The position numbers and the translations under genes were made by a program. 64,000 nucleotides of DNA. It comes from an uncultured Verrucomicrobiae bacterium (GTDB lineage Bacteria; Verrucomicrobiota; Verrucomicrobiia; Chthoniobacterales; JAATET01). The stretch lies in NCBI GenBank assembly GCA_963719495.1, contig CAVRCI010000001.1, forward strand, positions 320,001 through 384,000. The letters are read 5' to 3'. Of this stretch, positions 1-10,354 are shown piece by piece. The notes under the pieces are model-generated. The model searched no databases. It saw only the letters and a program-made list of their open reading frames with translations, and was not told the DNA's origin. Numbering within the stretch: position 1 is the first letter of the stretch; each line of letters opens with the position of its first letter.

Positions 1-438
1 TTCCTCGCCGAGCACGTCCCCGCCAAGCACCGCAGACGCGCCACCCGCACCCTCGAAGGCGAAACCGTCGCTCCGACCGACGTCGATTTCCCGACCCTCC
101 TCGCCTCCCCACAAGCCTTCGACGGCAAACGCATCCGCATCACCGGCTACTACCACAACGAGTTCGAAGGCAGCAGCTTCGCCGCCACTCCAGCCGACAT
201 CGACAACTACGACGAAGCGATCTGGCTCGGCGGCAATTCCACCTTCGCCGACCCGGGCCGATTCGATCGTGGAAACAACGTCACCGCCACCGTCGAAGGT
301 ACCTTCAACATCGGACCCGGCGGCCACATGGGTCTCTGGATGGGCGAGCTCAACCGACTCACCCGCTTCGAATTCATCCACGACACCAAAGGAAACAAAC
401 GCCGAATCCTGAGGAAACCCATCAATCGCCGCCCCTGA
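1..438 (+). CDS. Hypothetical protein, 5'-truncated by the window edge
   Basis: Frame 1 is open from base 1 to TGA at 436-438 (FLAEHVPAK...FDGKRIRITGYYHNEFEG...INRRP) with the C-ending codon bias of other + genes; not in the ORF track. Confidence 0.7.
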   Translation, partial: FLAEHVPAKHRRRATRTLEGETVAPTDVDFPTLLASPQAFDGKRIRITGYYHNEFEGSSFAATPADIDNYDEAIWLGGNSTFADPGRFDRGNNVTATVEGTFNIGPGGHMGLWMGELNRLTRFEFIHDTKGNKRRILRKPINRRP

Positions 439-1030
439 ACCCACAACCAAACTCCCGCAACACCCCCACCACCCGCTCCACCGGTAACCCCACCACATTG
501 TCGAACGCCCCCTCGAGCGCCTCGATCAGCTCCCCGTCATCCTCCTGCGCCGAATACGACCCCGCCTTGTCCAGCGGGTCGATCCGCGCCAGATACGCCT
601 CGATCTCCGCCGCGCCAAATTCCCGAAACCGCACGAACGTCGACTCCGCGAACACGTCCTTCCGGCCGCTCACCCCGTCCACCACGCACACCCCGGTGAT
701 GACCTCGTGCGTCCGCCCGGCCAGCCGCGCCAGCATCCGCCGCGCACCATCCAGATCGCCCGGTTTCCCAAAAATCTCCGCTCTCAGCACGACGATCGTA
801 TCCGCGCCGATCACCACCGCGTCCCGCCTCCGCGCCACGACCGCGTTCGCCTTCAGCTCCGCGTTGAAAACCGCCAGATCCCGCGCCGCCCCGTCGATCT
901 CCACGGCCTCACGGACGTCCGCCGACACGCATTCGATCACCATCCCAGCCGCCGCGAGCAGCTCGCGCCGACGCGGTGACCGCGACGCCAGCACGATGTT
1001 CCGCCGACCCCCCGCGTCGCCCGCCGCCAA
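422..1030 (-). CDS. maf: Maf family nucleoside triphosphate pyrophosphatase
   Basis: IVLASRSPRRRELL, IGADTIV, GKPGD, DKAGSY, NVVGLP motifs. Confidence 0.93.
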   Translation of the reverse strand: MAAGDAGGRRNIVLASRSPRRRELLAAAGMVIECVSADVREAVEIDGAARDLAVFNAELKANAVVARRRDAVVIGADTIVVLRAEIFGKPGDLDGARRMLARLAGRTHEVITGVCVVDGVSGRKDVFAESTFVRFREFGAAEIEAYLARIDPLDKAGSYSAQEDDGELIEALEGAFDNVVGLPVERVVGVLREFGCGFRGGD

Positions 1031-1033
1031 AGC

Positions 1034-1333
1034 TCAAACGATCTCTTCGAGATCGCGCAGACTCGCGTCGCCGCGGATCGAATCCAGCTGCTGCCGCATC
1101 CGGCTCGAAGACTCCGGCCGATCCTTGATCCGCGTGAAGACACCCGCCGCAAACGGCACCACCGCCGCCGTGCCAGCCCCAATCAGCGCGATGGCCGTGC
1201 GCTGACGCGACACCATCCCCATCTTGTCGGCGACAAGGAGACCAATGCCGAGACCCACCGCGGCTTGGGAAAAAGCGACCAGACCAGACACCGGGAGGTT
1301 CTGACCAAACTTCGAAATCGGGAGAAAGACCAT
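1034..1333 (-). CDS. Small hypothetical membrane protein
   Basis: C-terminal part of ORF 1034..2029 from ATG 1333 (MVFLPISK...); two hydrophobic segments; the upstream part of that ORF is antisense to ruvX/truA. Confidence 0.6.
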   Translation of the reverse strand: MVFLPISKFGQNLPVSGLVAFSQAAVGLGIGLLVADKMGMVSRQRTAIALIGAGTAAVVPFAAGVFTRIKDRPESSSRMRQQLDSIRGDASLRDLEEIV

Positions 1334-1375
1334 AGGCTGGAAGCTAGGAGCGGCCTGTGCCATTTTCAACTTCAA

Positions 1376-1795
1376 ATGACTGCCCAACGCACCCTCGGCG
1401 TCGACCACGGCGACGCCCGAGTCGGCCTCGCGCTCAGCGACGAACTCAACTTCCTCGCCCATCCGCTCGAGACCATCGTCGTGAAAACGACGTCGCCCAT
1501 CCGCCGCATCCGCGAGATCGTCGAGACCCGGGAAGTCGGCCTCATCGTCGTCGGACTCCCCCGCAACATGGACGGCACCCACGGCCCCGCCGCCGAGAAA
1601 GTGACCGCCTTCGTCGAAAAACTCCGCGCCTCCATCCGCTGCAAAGTCGTCACCATCGACGAACGCCTCTCCACCGTCGCCGCCCAGCGCTCCCTCCAGG
1701 AAGCCGGCCGCAAAGCCCACCAGCAACGCGCCGTCATCGACCAGGCCGCCGCCCAGGTCATCCTCCAAACCTACCTCGACAGCCAAAATCCGTAA
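1376..1795 (+). CDS. ruvX: YqgF/RuvX resolvase-like protein (pre-16S rRNA nuclease)
   Basis: LGVDHGDARVGLALSD, IVVGLPRNMDG, DERLST, IDQAAAQVILQTYLD. Confidence 0.93.
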   Translation: MTAQRTLGVDHGDARVGLALSDELNFLAHPLETIVVKTTSPIRRIREIVETREVGLIVVGLPRNMDGTHGPAAEKVTAFVEKLRASIRCKVVTIDERLSTVAAQRSLQEAGRKAHQQRAVIDQAAAQVILQTYLDSQNP

Positions 1796-1849
1796 CCAAG
1801 TCACCCAATCCAAAATCCAAAATCTAGAATCCAAAATCCCCCCACCCGT

Positions 1850-2581
1850 CTGCGGCTTACGATCGCCTACGACGGCACCCCCTTCGCGGGCTGGCAACGC
1901 CAGCGCGACGCCGACGGCATCCAAGCCCGCGTCGAAGCCGCGTTCTTCAAGATCACCGGTGAGTCGGTCGCCGTCCACGGGGCCGGCCGCACCGACGCCG
2001 GCGTCCACGCCCTCGCCCAGGTCGCGCACGCCGACGTCCCCGGCCTACGCCTCGATCCCGCCGCCTGCCTACGCGCCCTCAACGCCGTCCTTCCCGCCGA
2101 GATCCGAGTCAATTCCGTCCGCCGCGCGAAACCCACTTTCCACGCCCGCTTTCTCCCAATCGCGAAGATCTACCGCTACGACATTTACACCGGCCCCATT
2201 CTCCCACCCCCGCTCGTCCACCGGGTCTGGCACGTCCCCCAGCCGCTCGACCTCGACCGGCTCCGCGCCGCCCTCGCCCTCTACGAAGGCGAACACGACT
2301 TCCGCAACCTCTCCGCCAACCGCCGTCCCATCCCCACGAACACGGTTCGCAATCTCCACTCCGTCCGGCTCACCACCTCACCGCACCGAGTCCGCATCAC
2401 CTACACCGGCAAAGGATTTCTCTACAAAATGGTCCGCATTCTCACGGCCTCCGCCGTCCGCGTCGCCCTCGACCGCGAGCCGATCTCCTGGCTCGCCGAC
2501 CTCGTCGACAACCCGACCGCCAAGCGGTCCAACCGAGTCGCCCCACCCGACGGCCTCACCCTCGTCCGCGTCGTCTACTGA
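1850..2581 (+). CDS. truA: tRNA pseudouridine(38-40) synthase, no canonical start codon
   Basis: Manual translation: LRLTIAYDGTPFAGWQRQ, GAGRTDAGVHALAQVAH, FHARF, GEHDFRNL, GFLYKMVR, APPDGLTL; absent from the ORF track; start placed at CTG 1850 (uncertain). Confidence 0.9.
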   Translation: MRLTIAYDGTPFAGWQRQRDADGIQARVEAAFFKITGESVAVHGAGRTDAGVHALAQVAHADVPGLRLDPAACLRALNAVLPAEIRVNSVRRAKPTFHARFLPIAKIYRYDIYTGPILPPPLVHRVWHVPQPLDLDRLRAALALYEGEHDFRNLSANRRPIPTNTVRNLHSVRLTTSPHRVRITYTGKGFLYKMVRILTASAVRVALDREPISWLADLVDNPTAKRSNRVAPPDGLTLVRVVY

Positions 2582-2639
2582 GAAAAATCGCGCCAGCGAT
2601 CCCCTCGAAGGTAGGGCAGCCGCCCCGCCGGGCGCCCAT

Positions 2640-3130
2640 TCCCGGTCACCCGTTGCGAAGACCAACCAGAAAGCGACCCATACTCCGCCAACAACTGCGC
2701 AGAACATTGCCAAATGCGAACCGTCCCATGGCGCAGAACACTTCCCCCCCCAAAGCACCTCCCACGACCCGCGCCCAGCGCGAATGCTCCCGATCAACAA
2801 CTCAGTGACGAATCCGAACGAGCAGTGCCAATCCAGCCACGATCATCATCAAAAAAGCCAGTGGCCACGCCTGAACGTAGGAGAATCCCAGCCGTTCAGC
2901 CGCGCCATCAAGGAGCCCGGCGGAGCCCAGGTCCGGGATCGCACTCACCCGCGCAAGTTCCATCGCCGCTGGCCCGAAAAACACGACGATCGCGGCAAAC
3001 ACGACGTAGCCCGCAACCAAACAAAAGATCTGAAAGTCCGTTAGATCGGTTTTCCGTCGCCGGGGCCGCCCTGACAGCACGCTCGGGCTGAGCTCGCGGT
3101 TGTCCGCGGGTGGCTGGTGGTAACACCACC
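2640..3130 (-). pseudogene. Possible small membrane protein, perhaps frameshifted near 2819
   Basis: Hydrophobic segments in ORF 2802..3293 (FQIFCLVAGYVVFAAIVVFF; WPLAFLMMIVAGLALL) continue in an adjacent frame (FGFVTELLIG...AMFCAVVGGVWVAFWLVF); boundaries approximate. Confidence 0.3.
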
Positions 3131-3373
3131 GATCCGGGTTGACGGGTTGGACCGACCGTTGATCGGCACCGAGCCCGATGGGGCCGCTCGGGTTCTTGGC
3201 TGGCTTGGGAGCGGTCGGATCGCGAAGCGCGGAAGCAGTTTGCATGGCGGAACGTTTAACGAAACCGCCTTCGCTCTCGCAATCGGATTGCACCCTGATT
3301 GAAGCATCGGGGCGGCCATCGGGGAGTCAAAATTCGCCAGTGAGTCGCAAATCTGCCTCAGCCGCCCACCAAT

Positions 3374-4387
3374 TCAGCGCCAGCCCCGGGGTCCGCCCGT
3401 GTGCCCAAGATCATTTCGCGAACCGTTCCGATCTCGAAAACGACGCCCCGTTACCCCAGCGTCGATCCCGGGACTGGTCCGGCGAAGAACGAACGACGCA
3501 ACGTCCAATTCGCGCGGAATCCGACGGCCCGGCGCGCGCCGGAAGCGGGGCTCTCCGTCCTGATTCGCGCGAAACCGTGACTCGCCGACCGCCACCTCGG
3601 CGTCCGTCACGAATTCGAAATCCTTAAAATCGCCCGTCAACACCGCGGCGCGCGCGTTGCGATGGAAAAGATTCTCCCGAATCTTCGCCGAGCCGCTGAA
3701 GTCGCAGATTCCCCGACCGGTCGGCGCGCCGCTCGAAAGCCGCGAGCCGTTCAGCACGAAAAGATTGTTCCTCACCACGGAAGCCCGTGGGCCGTTTTGC
3801 ACGAGCAACCCATTCCCATTCCCGCGCACGACCGTGTTGTTCACCACGACCGCACTCGCGCCCCCGTCGACGTAGACCTGATGCGCGTCCGAAGTCGCCT
3901 GCGGACGCGGATCGAAATTGTAGGCGATGAGGTTGTTCGCGATCACCGGGCGCGACCGCCGACCCCGAACGTAAATCCCCGCTCCGGTATCGTTCGCCCG
4001 ATTGGCGAAAATCACCGTCCGCCGGATGCTTGGCGAGCTGTTCGAAACGAGAATCCCGCCCCCGCCATCGGCAAAACCTCCCGTAATCTGAACGGAATCC
4101 AGAACCGAGCGCCGCCCCTCCCCGGACGTGAACCTGACCACCGACCCAACACCGTCCCCCACGATCAGTGTCGCGGGTCCCGCGCCCCGCACGGTCACCG
4201 CTTTTCCCCGAAAATCGATATTTCCCTCGTAGCGCCCAGCTTCCAGCTTGATCCGTTCGCCACTCTCGGCCGCGTCGACCGCCGACTGCACCGATCCACC
4301 CGATGGCACCAGGATTTCCGCCCACGCGGACGGAACGACGATCGAAGCGGCGAGCAGAAAAATGGCTTTCATGCGCATGAGAGCCAT
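3374..4387 (-). CDS. Secreted right-handed parallel beta-helix (pectin-lyase-like) protein
   Basis: Signal peptide; SVQSAVDAA..G.Y..NIDF.GKAVTV; GGGI...SSP.I; repeated NN/N-ladder; C-terminal SPGIDAG...RNDLGHTGG. Confidence 0.8.
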   Translation of the reverse strand: MALMRMKAIFLLAASIVVPSAWAEILVPSGGSVQSAVDAAESGERIKLEAGRYEGNIDFRGKAVTVRGAGPATLIVGDGVGSVVRFTSGEGRRSVLDSVQITGGFADGGGGILVSNSSPSIRRTVIFANRANDTGAGIYVRGRRSRPVIANNLIAYNFDPRPQATSDAHQVYVDGGASAVVVNNTVVRGNGNGLLVQNGPRASVVRNNLFVLNGSRLSSGAPTGRGICDFSGSAKIRENLFHRNARAAVLTGDFKDFEFVTDAEVAVGESRFRANQDGEPRFRRAPGRRIPRELDVASFVLRRTSPGIDAGVTGRRFRDRNGSRNDLGHTGGPRGWR

Positions 4388-4438
4388 TCGCCCGGGCTTT
4401 ATTCCCGTGGAAGCGGAGGCAACGACGCTCTCGATTCG

Positions 4439-6112
4439 TCAGCCGCGCCGCGCCGCATCCGGCAGCGACAATTCGACGCCGAGATCGCCGAGCTTGATGA
4501 GCGAAAGCCCCGCCAGCGCCGGAGTGTCCGCCGCCATCGCCTTGAAGACCTCCTCAATCGCGTAGATCCCGTTCGAACCGCCGACGGCCTGGATCAAATC
4601 GCGCAGGATTTCCCAGTCGTCCCGAGCCTGACCCGGCGAACTCACCGCCCGGTTCAGTCGCTGTATCCGACCCTCGAGGTTGATCATCGACCCGCGCTTC
4701 TCCGAGAAGCCCGCCGACGGCAGCACGATGTCCGCCGCCCGCGTCGTGTCGCTCGGGAGAATCGCCATCGCGATCATGCAATCGAGCATCGCGAAATCAT
4801 CGGCCTCGAAGCCGCAGTCGCTTAGATCCTCACCGAGACAAATGAGCGCCTTCACGCTCCCGTTGCCGACGCCATACGCGATGTCCGTCAGCTTCCCGGT
4901 CGCGACACCGAGCAGCTTCGCGCCCGTGGTGTTGGGATTCCCGTCGTCGGAAACCAAGAAGCCGTCGCCCTCCTGACGCCGCGAGACCACGTCGATCTGC
5001 TTCGTGCCGAGCGAATCCGCCAGCCGCTTCGTAAGGTAAAGTTCCTCGTTGGTCATCCGCGCCGACGCGATGATCGCGATCTCGGACGGCTCGAAGGATT
5101 TAAGCCGATCACCGGCGAATCGGATCGCTTCCGACCACTTCGTCGGAGCCTCACCGTCGCGAATGACCGGCTCCTTGAGCCGCGCGTCGTCGTTGAGATG
5201 GTGAAAGTTCAGCCGGTGCGTGTCCGGCATCCAGCAGGAATTCACCGCCTCGTTCTCGCGCGGCGTGATCCGGAAGATCGTGTTCTCACGACTGCCGATG
5301 AGGATGTTCGTCCCCTGTCCGCAGTTCACGTCGATCGACTTCGTTTCCTTCAAAAACCAGACCCGCATCTGGAAGCGGAAGTCCTTGCTCGTGAGCGCGC
5401 CCACCGGACAGATGTCCACCGTGTTGAGCGAGTAATTATTGTCCAGCCGCTTGCCCGGATACACCGACAGCGTCGTGTGACTCCCGCGGTTCATGAACCC
5501 GAGGACGTCGTCCTCCGCGATCTCCTGCATGAACCGGACGCACCGCGAACACATGATGCAGCGCTCGTCGTCGAGGACGATGTTGCGACCGATGTCGACC
5601 CGCTTCGGCTTCTTGACCTTGTCCTCGAGGAAGCGCGAATCGCCGTTGCCAAACTCCACGCTGAACTCCTGCAACTTGCACTCACCGGCCTGATCGCAAA
5701 TCGTGCAATCCAGCGGGTGATTGATCAGGAGAAACTCCAACACGCCCTTGCGGCACTCCTCGACCATCGGCGATTCCGTCCGCACGCCCATGCCCTCGGA
5801 GATCTCGGTCGCACAAGAGATCGCGGGCCGCGGCCCCCAGGCGATCTCGGGCTTCCCGTCATCGCCCGTCACGACATTGCGCTCGGCGTCGCGCTTCGGC
5901 ATGCCCATTTCGACCAGGCACATGCGGCAATTCCCCGGCGTACTCAGCTTCGGGTGGTAGCAGTAGTGCGGCACGTAGTGACCACTCTTCATGCAGGCCT
6001 CGATGAGCTTCGTTCCCTTCGGAAACTCCTTCCACTCGCCGTCCACCTGGACGTTGATCATCGGAATCTCCGTCTTCGCCTCGGTTTTCTTGTCAGTCTC
6101 GGTCGCCGTCAT
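4439..6112 (-). CDS. nuoG: NADH-quinone oxidoreductase subunit G
   Basis: CYHPKL..GNCRMC, HPLDCTICDQAGEC, CIMCSRCVRF, DICPVGAL Fe-S motifs; molybdopterin-fold C-terminus. Confidence 0.92.
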   Translation of the reverse strand: MTATETDKKTEAKTEIPMINVQVDGEWKEFPKGTKLIEACMKSGHYVPHYCYHPKLSTPGNCRMCLVEMGMPKRDAERNVVTGDDGKPEIAWGPRPAISCATEISEGMGVRTESPMVEECRKGVLEFLLINHPLDCTICDQAGECKLQEFSVEFGNGDSRFLEDKVKKPKRVDIGRNIVLDDERCIMCSRCVRFMQEIAEDDVLGFMNRGSHTTLSVYPGKRLDNNYSLNTVDICPVGALTSKDFRFQMRVWFLKETKSIDVNCGQGTNILIGSRENTIFRITPRENEAVNSCWMPDTHRLNFHHLNDDARLKEPVIRDGEAPTKWSEAIRFAGDRLKSFEPSEIAIIASARMTNEELYLTKRLADSLGTKQIDVVSRRQEGDGFLVSDDGNPNTTGAKLLGVATGKLTDIAYGVGNGSVKALICLGEDLSDCGFEADDFAMLDCMIAMAILPSDTTRAADIVLPSAGFSEKRGSMINLEGRIQRLNRAVSSPGQARDDWEILRDLIQAVGGSNGIYAIEEVFKAMAADTPALAGLSLIKLGDLGVELSLPDAARRG

Positions 6113-7590
6113 TTTGTAAGATTAGATGCGCTAATATCCACCGATTGTCTACGAGCAAACACCCCATCGCCGTTGCGAAAAAACGCCGCCAGCCCCGTCG
6201 CCACGCAAGCGATCACGAAAAAGTAGTAGTTGCAGAACGCCTGCTTGCTCAGCACGAAAAACACCGCCAGCGCCAACCCGCTCCCCACCCCGAAGCGGAA
6301 CAACCCGTCGCCCCCACCCCGCCCGAGCCCCCACACGACCCCGCCGAAACACCCCAGACCCAGCCCCCACCACACCGGCCCGGGCAGATCGACGCCGACC
6401 GAGTGCAGCCCGGCCCCAATCGTCAATCCATCCGTCCGGAAGGGCGTGCCGCCCAGAAAAACGACCGCCGACTGCCAGAACGCCGCCGGGTCCCACAGGA
6501 TCAGCGGCAGCGTCACCACCGTCCCGGCCACCAGCATTCGCCCCAGGAACGCGACCCGCCGCGTCTCCGGCAGACACGCCCACGCCACCGGCAGCACCAG
6601 CAGCGGCAAATGCTGCTTGCTCACCAGCAACAGCCCAAACACCCACGGCGCCACCGCCCGTCGCCGCCCGCCCGCCTCCCCGGCCAGGCTCCAAACGAAC
6701 CCCGCAAACAGCCCCGCCGACACGGCCTCGGTCCACGCCATTTCGAGAACGAAAAAATTCATCGGCGAAAACAAAAACGTCAACGCCACCAGACGCCCCC
6801 AGGCCCCGCCGCCCATTCCAAGCAGACACGCCGCCGCGACAACGACAGCGGCCAACCCGGCATAACGCACGTCGCCGAGCAGCTTTCCGCCCACAGCCGT
6901 GAGAATCGTCAACGGTAGGTAGGTGTACCCCGCGTCGAGCCGCCCCTCCTCGTCCAGGGCATCGGACCCGTAGAGTTCAAGCGCGAGCTCCGGTGAATAG
7001 ACCTGCTCGAAGCGCATACCGTAAGGATTCGCTCCGTTCAACAGCCCCACCACCGCTCCGTCGTGAATGGCGAACACATCGATCTCCGGTCGTGGTGAAG
7101 CGTGCAGCACCCAGACGGCCGCCAGCGCAAACAATCCGACCGCCAGCCACGCCGCCCACCGTCCGAGTTGTTCCCCACCCAAAAACGCAACTCCACTCGC
7201 AAACGCGGCGACCGTCACCAATCCGGTGAAATCCTGGACTCGCGACCCGGCCGACATCTCCAACGCCGGCTCGGTCCCACCGACCAGAGCCACACTCACC
7301 AGCAGCCCCGTCAATCCCATCACCACCACCAAGCCCGTCCTCACCTCGCCGCCACCCCCTCCCAGCGCCGCCGCCAGGAGCGCCACACCCGCCAACAGAA
7401 AACTCAACGCCCGCGGCGAATACCCGCCGTGCCAATCGAAAATCGCCAACCCGAACACCAGCGATGCCAGCAGCACCAAAGCCACCACGGACCCATTTCC
7501 ACTCAGGTCCGGCAGCGACCCGCGTCCCCGCGCCCATGAGCTTTTGGTCGACTCGATTCCAACATTCGTTTCCGGCGCAATCCGCTCCAC
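6109..7590 (-). CDS. Multi-pass membrane protein, GT-C/GT87-like glycosyltransferase
   Basis: About 12 TM segments; IDV, G.NPY, YTYLP, GDVRY, SKQ, FCNYYF motifs. Confidence 0.65.
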   Translation of the reverse strand: MERIAPETNVGIESTKSSWARGRGSLPDLSGNGSVVALVLLASLVFGLAIFDWHGGYSPRALSFLLAGVALLAAALGGGGGEVRTGLVVVMGLTGLLVSVALVGGTEPALEMSAGSRVQDFTGLVTVAAFASGVAFLGGEQLGRWAAWLAVGLFALAAVWVLHASPRPEIDVFAIHDGAVVGLLNGANPYGMRFEQVYSPELALELYGSDALDEEGRLDAGYTYLPLTILTAVGGKLLGDVRYAGLAAVVVAAACLLGMGGGAWGRLVALTFLFSPMNFFVLEMAWTEAVSAGLFAGFVWSLAGEAGGRRRAVAPWVFGLLLVSKQHLPLLVLPVAWACLPETRRVAFLGRMLVAGTVVTLPLILWDPAAFWQSAVVFLGGTPFRTDGLTIGAGLHSVGVDLPGPVWWGLGLGCFGGVVWGLGRGGGDGLFRFGVGSGLALAVFFVLSKQAFCNYYFFVIACVATGLAAFFRNGDGVFARRQSVDISASNLTK

Positions 7591-7762
7591 CGGTCCAGTA
7601 AATCTGGCGGAGGTCTCGTTTGTCGACGTCGGAGCCGATTCCGGGAAATCCCATCAGTCCGGCGACGAATTTCGGGCGACAAATTCTTCACCGGAATCAC
7701 CCACGCGGATCGACCAATCCGCTTGACCTCCCAAAGAATTTCTGGGCGTCTCGGTCCCCCCA

Positions 7763-9034
7763 ATGACCAACCAAGACCTCCCTGATAATCGATGGCTCCC
7801 GGGTTTCGTTTCAAAATCCGACACCGCGCTCCTGGCGTGCGCTCTGCTGGCCACGTTGGGTCCGCTGACCCTCCGGGCAGCCGAACCGGGCAAATCCTTT
7901 CAGCCTCTTACCGAGGACTCCGGGAAAGCCGTCGAGTCTGTCGTCGTCGAAGAGAAATCGTTCTCCCCGGACGACATCTTCGACAAGATCTGGGCGCTGC
8001 CAATCCTCTACAAAAACCCGGAGAACCCATTCATCCAGAAGATCGCTTTCACGGGCCGTTATCACGGTCAGGTCTTTGGACTGAACTCCGATGCTGGCAG
8101 CGCGAGTGGCTGGCAGAACCGGCGGGCGCGTTTCGGCGGTAAAGTCGAGTTCCTCGAAACCATGGAGGCCTACGTGACTTTCAACGCCAATTTCGAGGGC
8201 GCGACCACCGGGCGCTTCGTCGAAAACTTGGAAGACTTCGGCGTCGTCTGGGAGCCCATCTCGTGGTTCAACGTCGAGGCCGGACTTTTCAAGGTCCCGA
8301 TCACCAACGAATGGCGTGAATCGTCGAACCGCATCATCACCATCGAGCGATCGAACTTTATCAACCAAGCCATCGCGCCCAAGCTCGGCGGCGCTCTCAT
8401 CACCGGCGAGGTGAAGGGCTTCACGGAAGGTTCGGCTTTCACCTACGGCGGCGGACTCTACAGCGCGGCCCGGACCGAGGACTGGGAGGCCCCCGCCCTC
8501 GACGGTAGCGCCATGATCTACAGCGGCGTCGGCTACAAGTTCAGCGACACCCAGACCGTTCGTTTCGATAACGGAATTATGACCGGCGAAAACGAACGCG
8601 ACGTCACCCGCCCCTACTCCTACACGGCGGCACTGAATTACGAGGGCTTCTTCCTGTCCGAGAAACTCCGGCTGCAGTCCGACCTCGTGACGGCCATCGC
8701 CGACAAGGAGAACAGCAACGGGGACCTCTTCGGCCTCATCGTCCTGCCCTCCTACAAACTGACGGATCGGATCGAATTCGTCGGACGTTACCAATACCTC
8801 TTCAGCAATGAAGATCGCGGCGTCTCCGCCCAAAGCCGCTACGAAAGACGGGCACCCGACCTCACTTCGTCACGGGGCAACAACTACCACGCCATTTACG
8901 CCGGAGCGAACTTCTACGTCTACAGGGACAAAATGAAGTTCATGACCGGGCTGGAATACTCCCACCTGGACCTTCCCGATGGCGAGGACTTCAACCAGCT
9001 CACGCTCTTCGCGGCCTTCCGCGTCTGGTTTTAA
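7763..9034 (+). CDS. Outer-membrane porin, OprO/OprP phosphate-selective type
   Basis: RRARFG, G.FKVP, SSNRIITIERS, terminal aromatic residue (RVWF); lies upstream of pstS. Confidence 0.8.
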   Translation: MTNQDLPDNRWLPGFVSKSDTALLACALLATLGPLTLRAAEPGKSFQPLTEDSGKAVESVVVEEKSFSPDDIFDKIWALPILYKNPENPFIQKIAFTGRYHGQVFGLNSDAGSASGWQNRRARFGGKVEFLETMEAYVTFNANFEGATTGRFVENLEDFGVVWEPISWFNVEAGLFKVPITNEWRESSNRIITIERSNFINQAIAPKLGGALITGEVKGFTEGSAFTYGGGLYSAARTEDWEAPALDGSAMIYSGVGYKFSDTQTVRFDNGIMTGENERDVTRPYSYTAALNYEGFFLSEKLRLQSDLVTAIADKENSNGDLFGLIVLPSYKLTDRIEFVGRYQYLFSNEDRGVSAQSRYERRAPDLTSSRGNNYHAIYAGANFYVYRDKMKFMTGLEYSHLDLPDGEDFNQLTLFAAFRVWF

Positions 9035-9263
9035 CGAAAATCACCCCGGAGCCACCCGGAACGGACCGCTCCCGCTTCGGTGGAAACCGCCACTCGGCTG
9101 AATTGCTTCAGCGGGGGTGGCGGTTTTTCCGCTATGACCCCGATCGTCGACGGCCTGCAAGCTCGCCACCGCCCGTTCGTGTCGCTTTTGTAACAAACCC
9201 ACCTTTGCCGCAAAAAACCCAACGCCTCAAATCTCACCCGGTAACCCAAATCCCATCCGACCC

Positions 9264-10337
9264 ATGAAATCCTCACTCTTCTCCCGCTCCGCCGCCTTCG
9301 CCTGCCTCGCCACCACCCTCGGCCTCGTCGGCTGCGGCGACTCCGACACCAATTCCGGCGACCAGACCACCTCCGGCTCCGGCACCGCGGGCACCATCCA
9401 GATCACGGGCGCCGGTGCCAGCTTCCCCGCGCCACTCTACCAACGCTGGGCGCAGGAATTCCACGCCGCCAACCCCGACATCCAGGTCAACTACCAGTCC
9501 ATCGGCAGCGGAGCCGGCATCAAGCAATTCACCTCCGACACCGTGAATTTCGGTGCCAGTGACGCCGCGATGAAGGATGAGGAGATCGCCGAGGTCTCCC
9601 GCGGAGCCATCATGATCCCGGCCACCGCGGGCAGCATCGTCGTCGCCTACAACCTGCCGGAGTTCCCCGCGCTCAAGCTCTCCCGCGACGCCTACGTCGG
9701 CATCTTCCGCGGCACGATCACCAACTGGAACGATCCCGCCATCGCCACGGCCAACCCCGGCGTTACCCTGCCCGATCAGGACATCATTCTCGCCACCCGA
9801 TCCGACGGCTCCGGCACGACGTTCGTCTTCACCAAGCACCTCGCGGCGATCAGCCCGGAGTTCACGACAGAAATCGGCGAAGGAAAAGCCGTCTCCTGGC
9901 CCGGCAACAGCATCGGCGGCAAGGGCAACGAAGGCGTAACCGCCCTCATCCAACAGGCCCCCGGCACCGTCGGCTACGTCGAATACGGCTACGCCAAAAA
10001 CAACGGCCTCGAAATGGCCAGCCTCGAGAACAAATCGGGCGAGTTCGTCGTTCCGACCGACGCCAGCGCCGCCGCGACCCTCGCCAGCGTCGAGCTCCCC
10101 GCGAACCTCCGCATCTGGCCCTCCGATCCCGAAGGCGCCGGCGACTACCCGATCGTCACCTTCACCTGGCTCCTCGTCTACGGCGAATACCCGGACGCGG
10201 CCACCAAGGAAGCCGTCAAAAAATTCGTCACCTTCGGTCTCACCGAAGGTCAGAAATTCGCTCCCGAGCTGGGCTACGTGACCCTACCGGAGCCCGTCGT
10301 CGCCAAGGCCAAAGCCGCCCTCGAAACCGTCAAGTAG
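9264..10337 (+). CDS. pstS: Phosphate ABC transporter substrate-binding lipoprotein
   Basis: Lipobox LVGC; GAGASFPAPLY, YQSIGSGAG, RSDGSGTT. Confidence 0.96.
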   Translation: MKSSLFSRSAAFACLATTLGLVGCGDSDTNSGDQTTSGSGTAGTIQITGAGASFPAPLYQRWAQEFHAANPDIQVNYQSIGSGAGIKQFTSDTVNFGASDAAMKDEEIAEVSRGAIMIPATAGSIVVAYNLPEFPALKLSRDAYVGIFRGTITNWNDPAIATANPGVTLPDQDIILATRSDGSGTTFVFTKHLAAISPEFTTEIGEGKAVSWPGNSIGGKGNEGVTALIQQAPGTVGYVEYGYAKNNGLEMASLENKSGEFVVPTDASAAATLASVELPANLRIWPSDPEGAGDYPIVTFTWLLVYGEYPDAATKEAVKKFVTFGLTEGQKFAPELGYVTLPEPVVAKAKAALETVK

Positions 10338-10354
10338 GTTCCGACCTCCGACCC

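Noticed and set aside
9170..9260. Pho box upstream of pstS
   Set aside because: Only weak TGTCGC/TGTAAC half-sites without 11-bp periodicity
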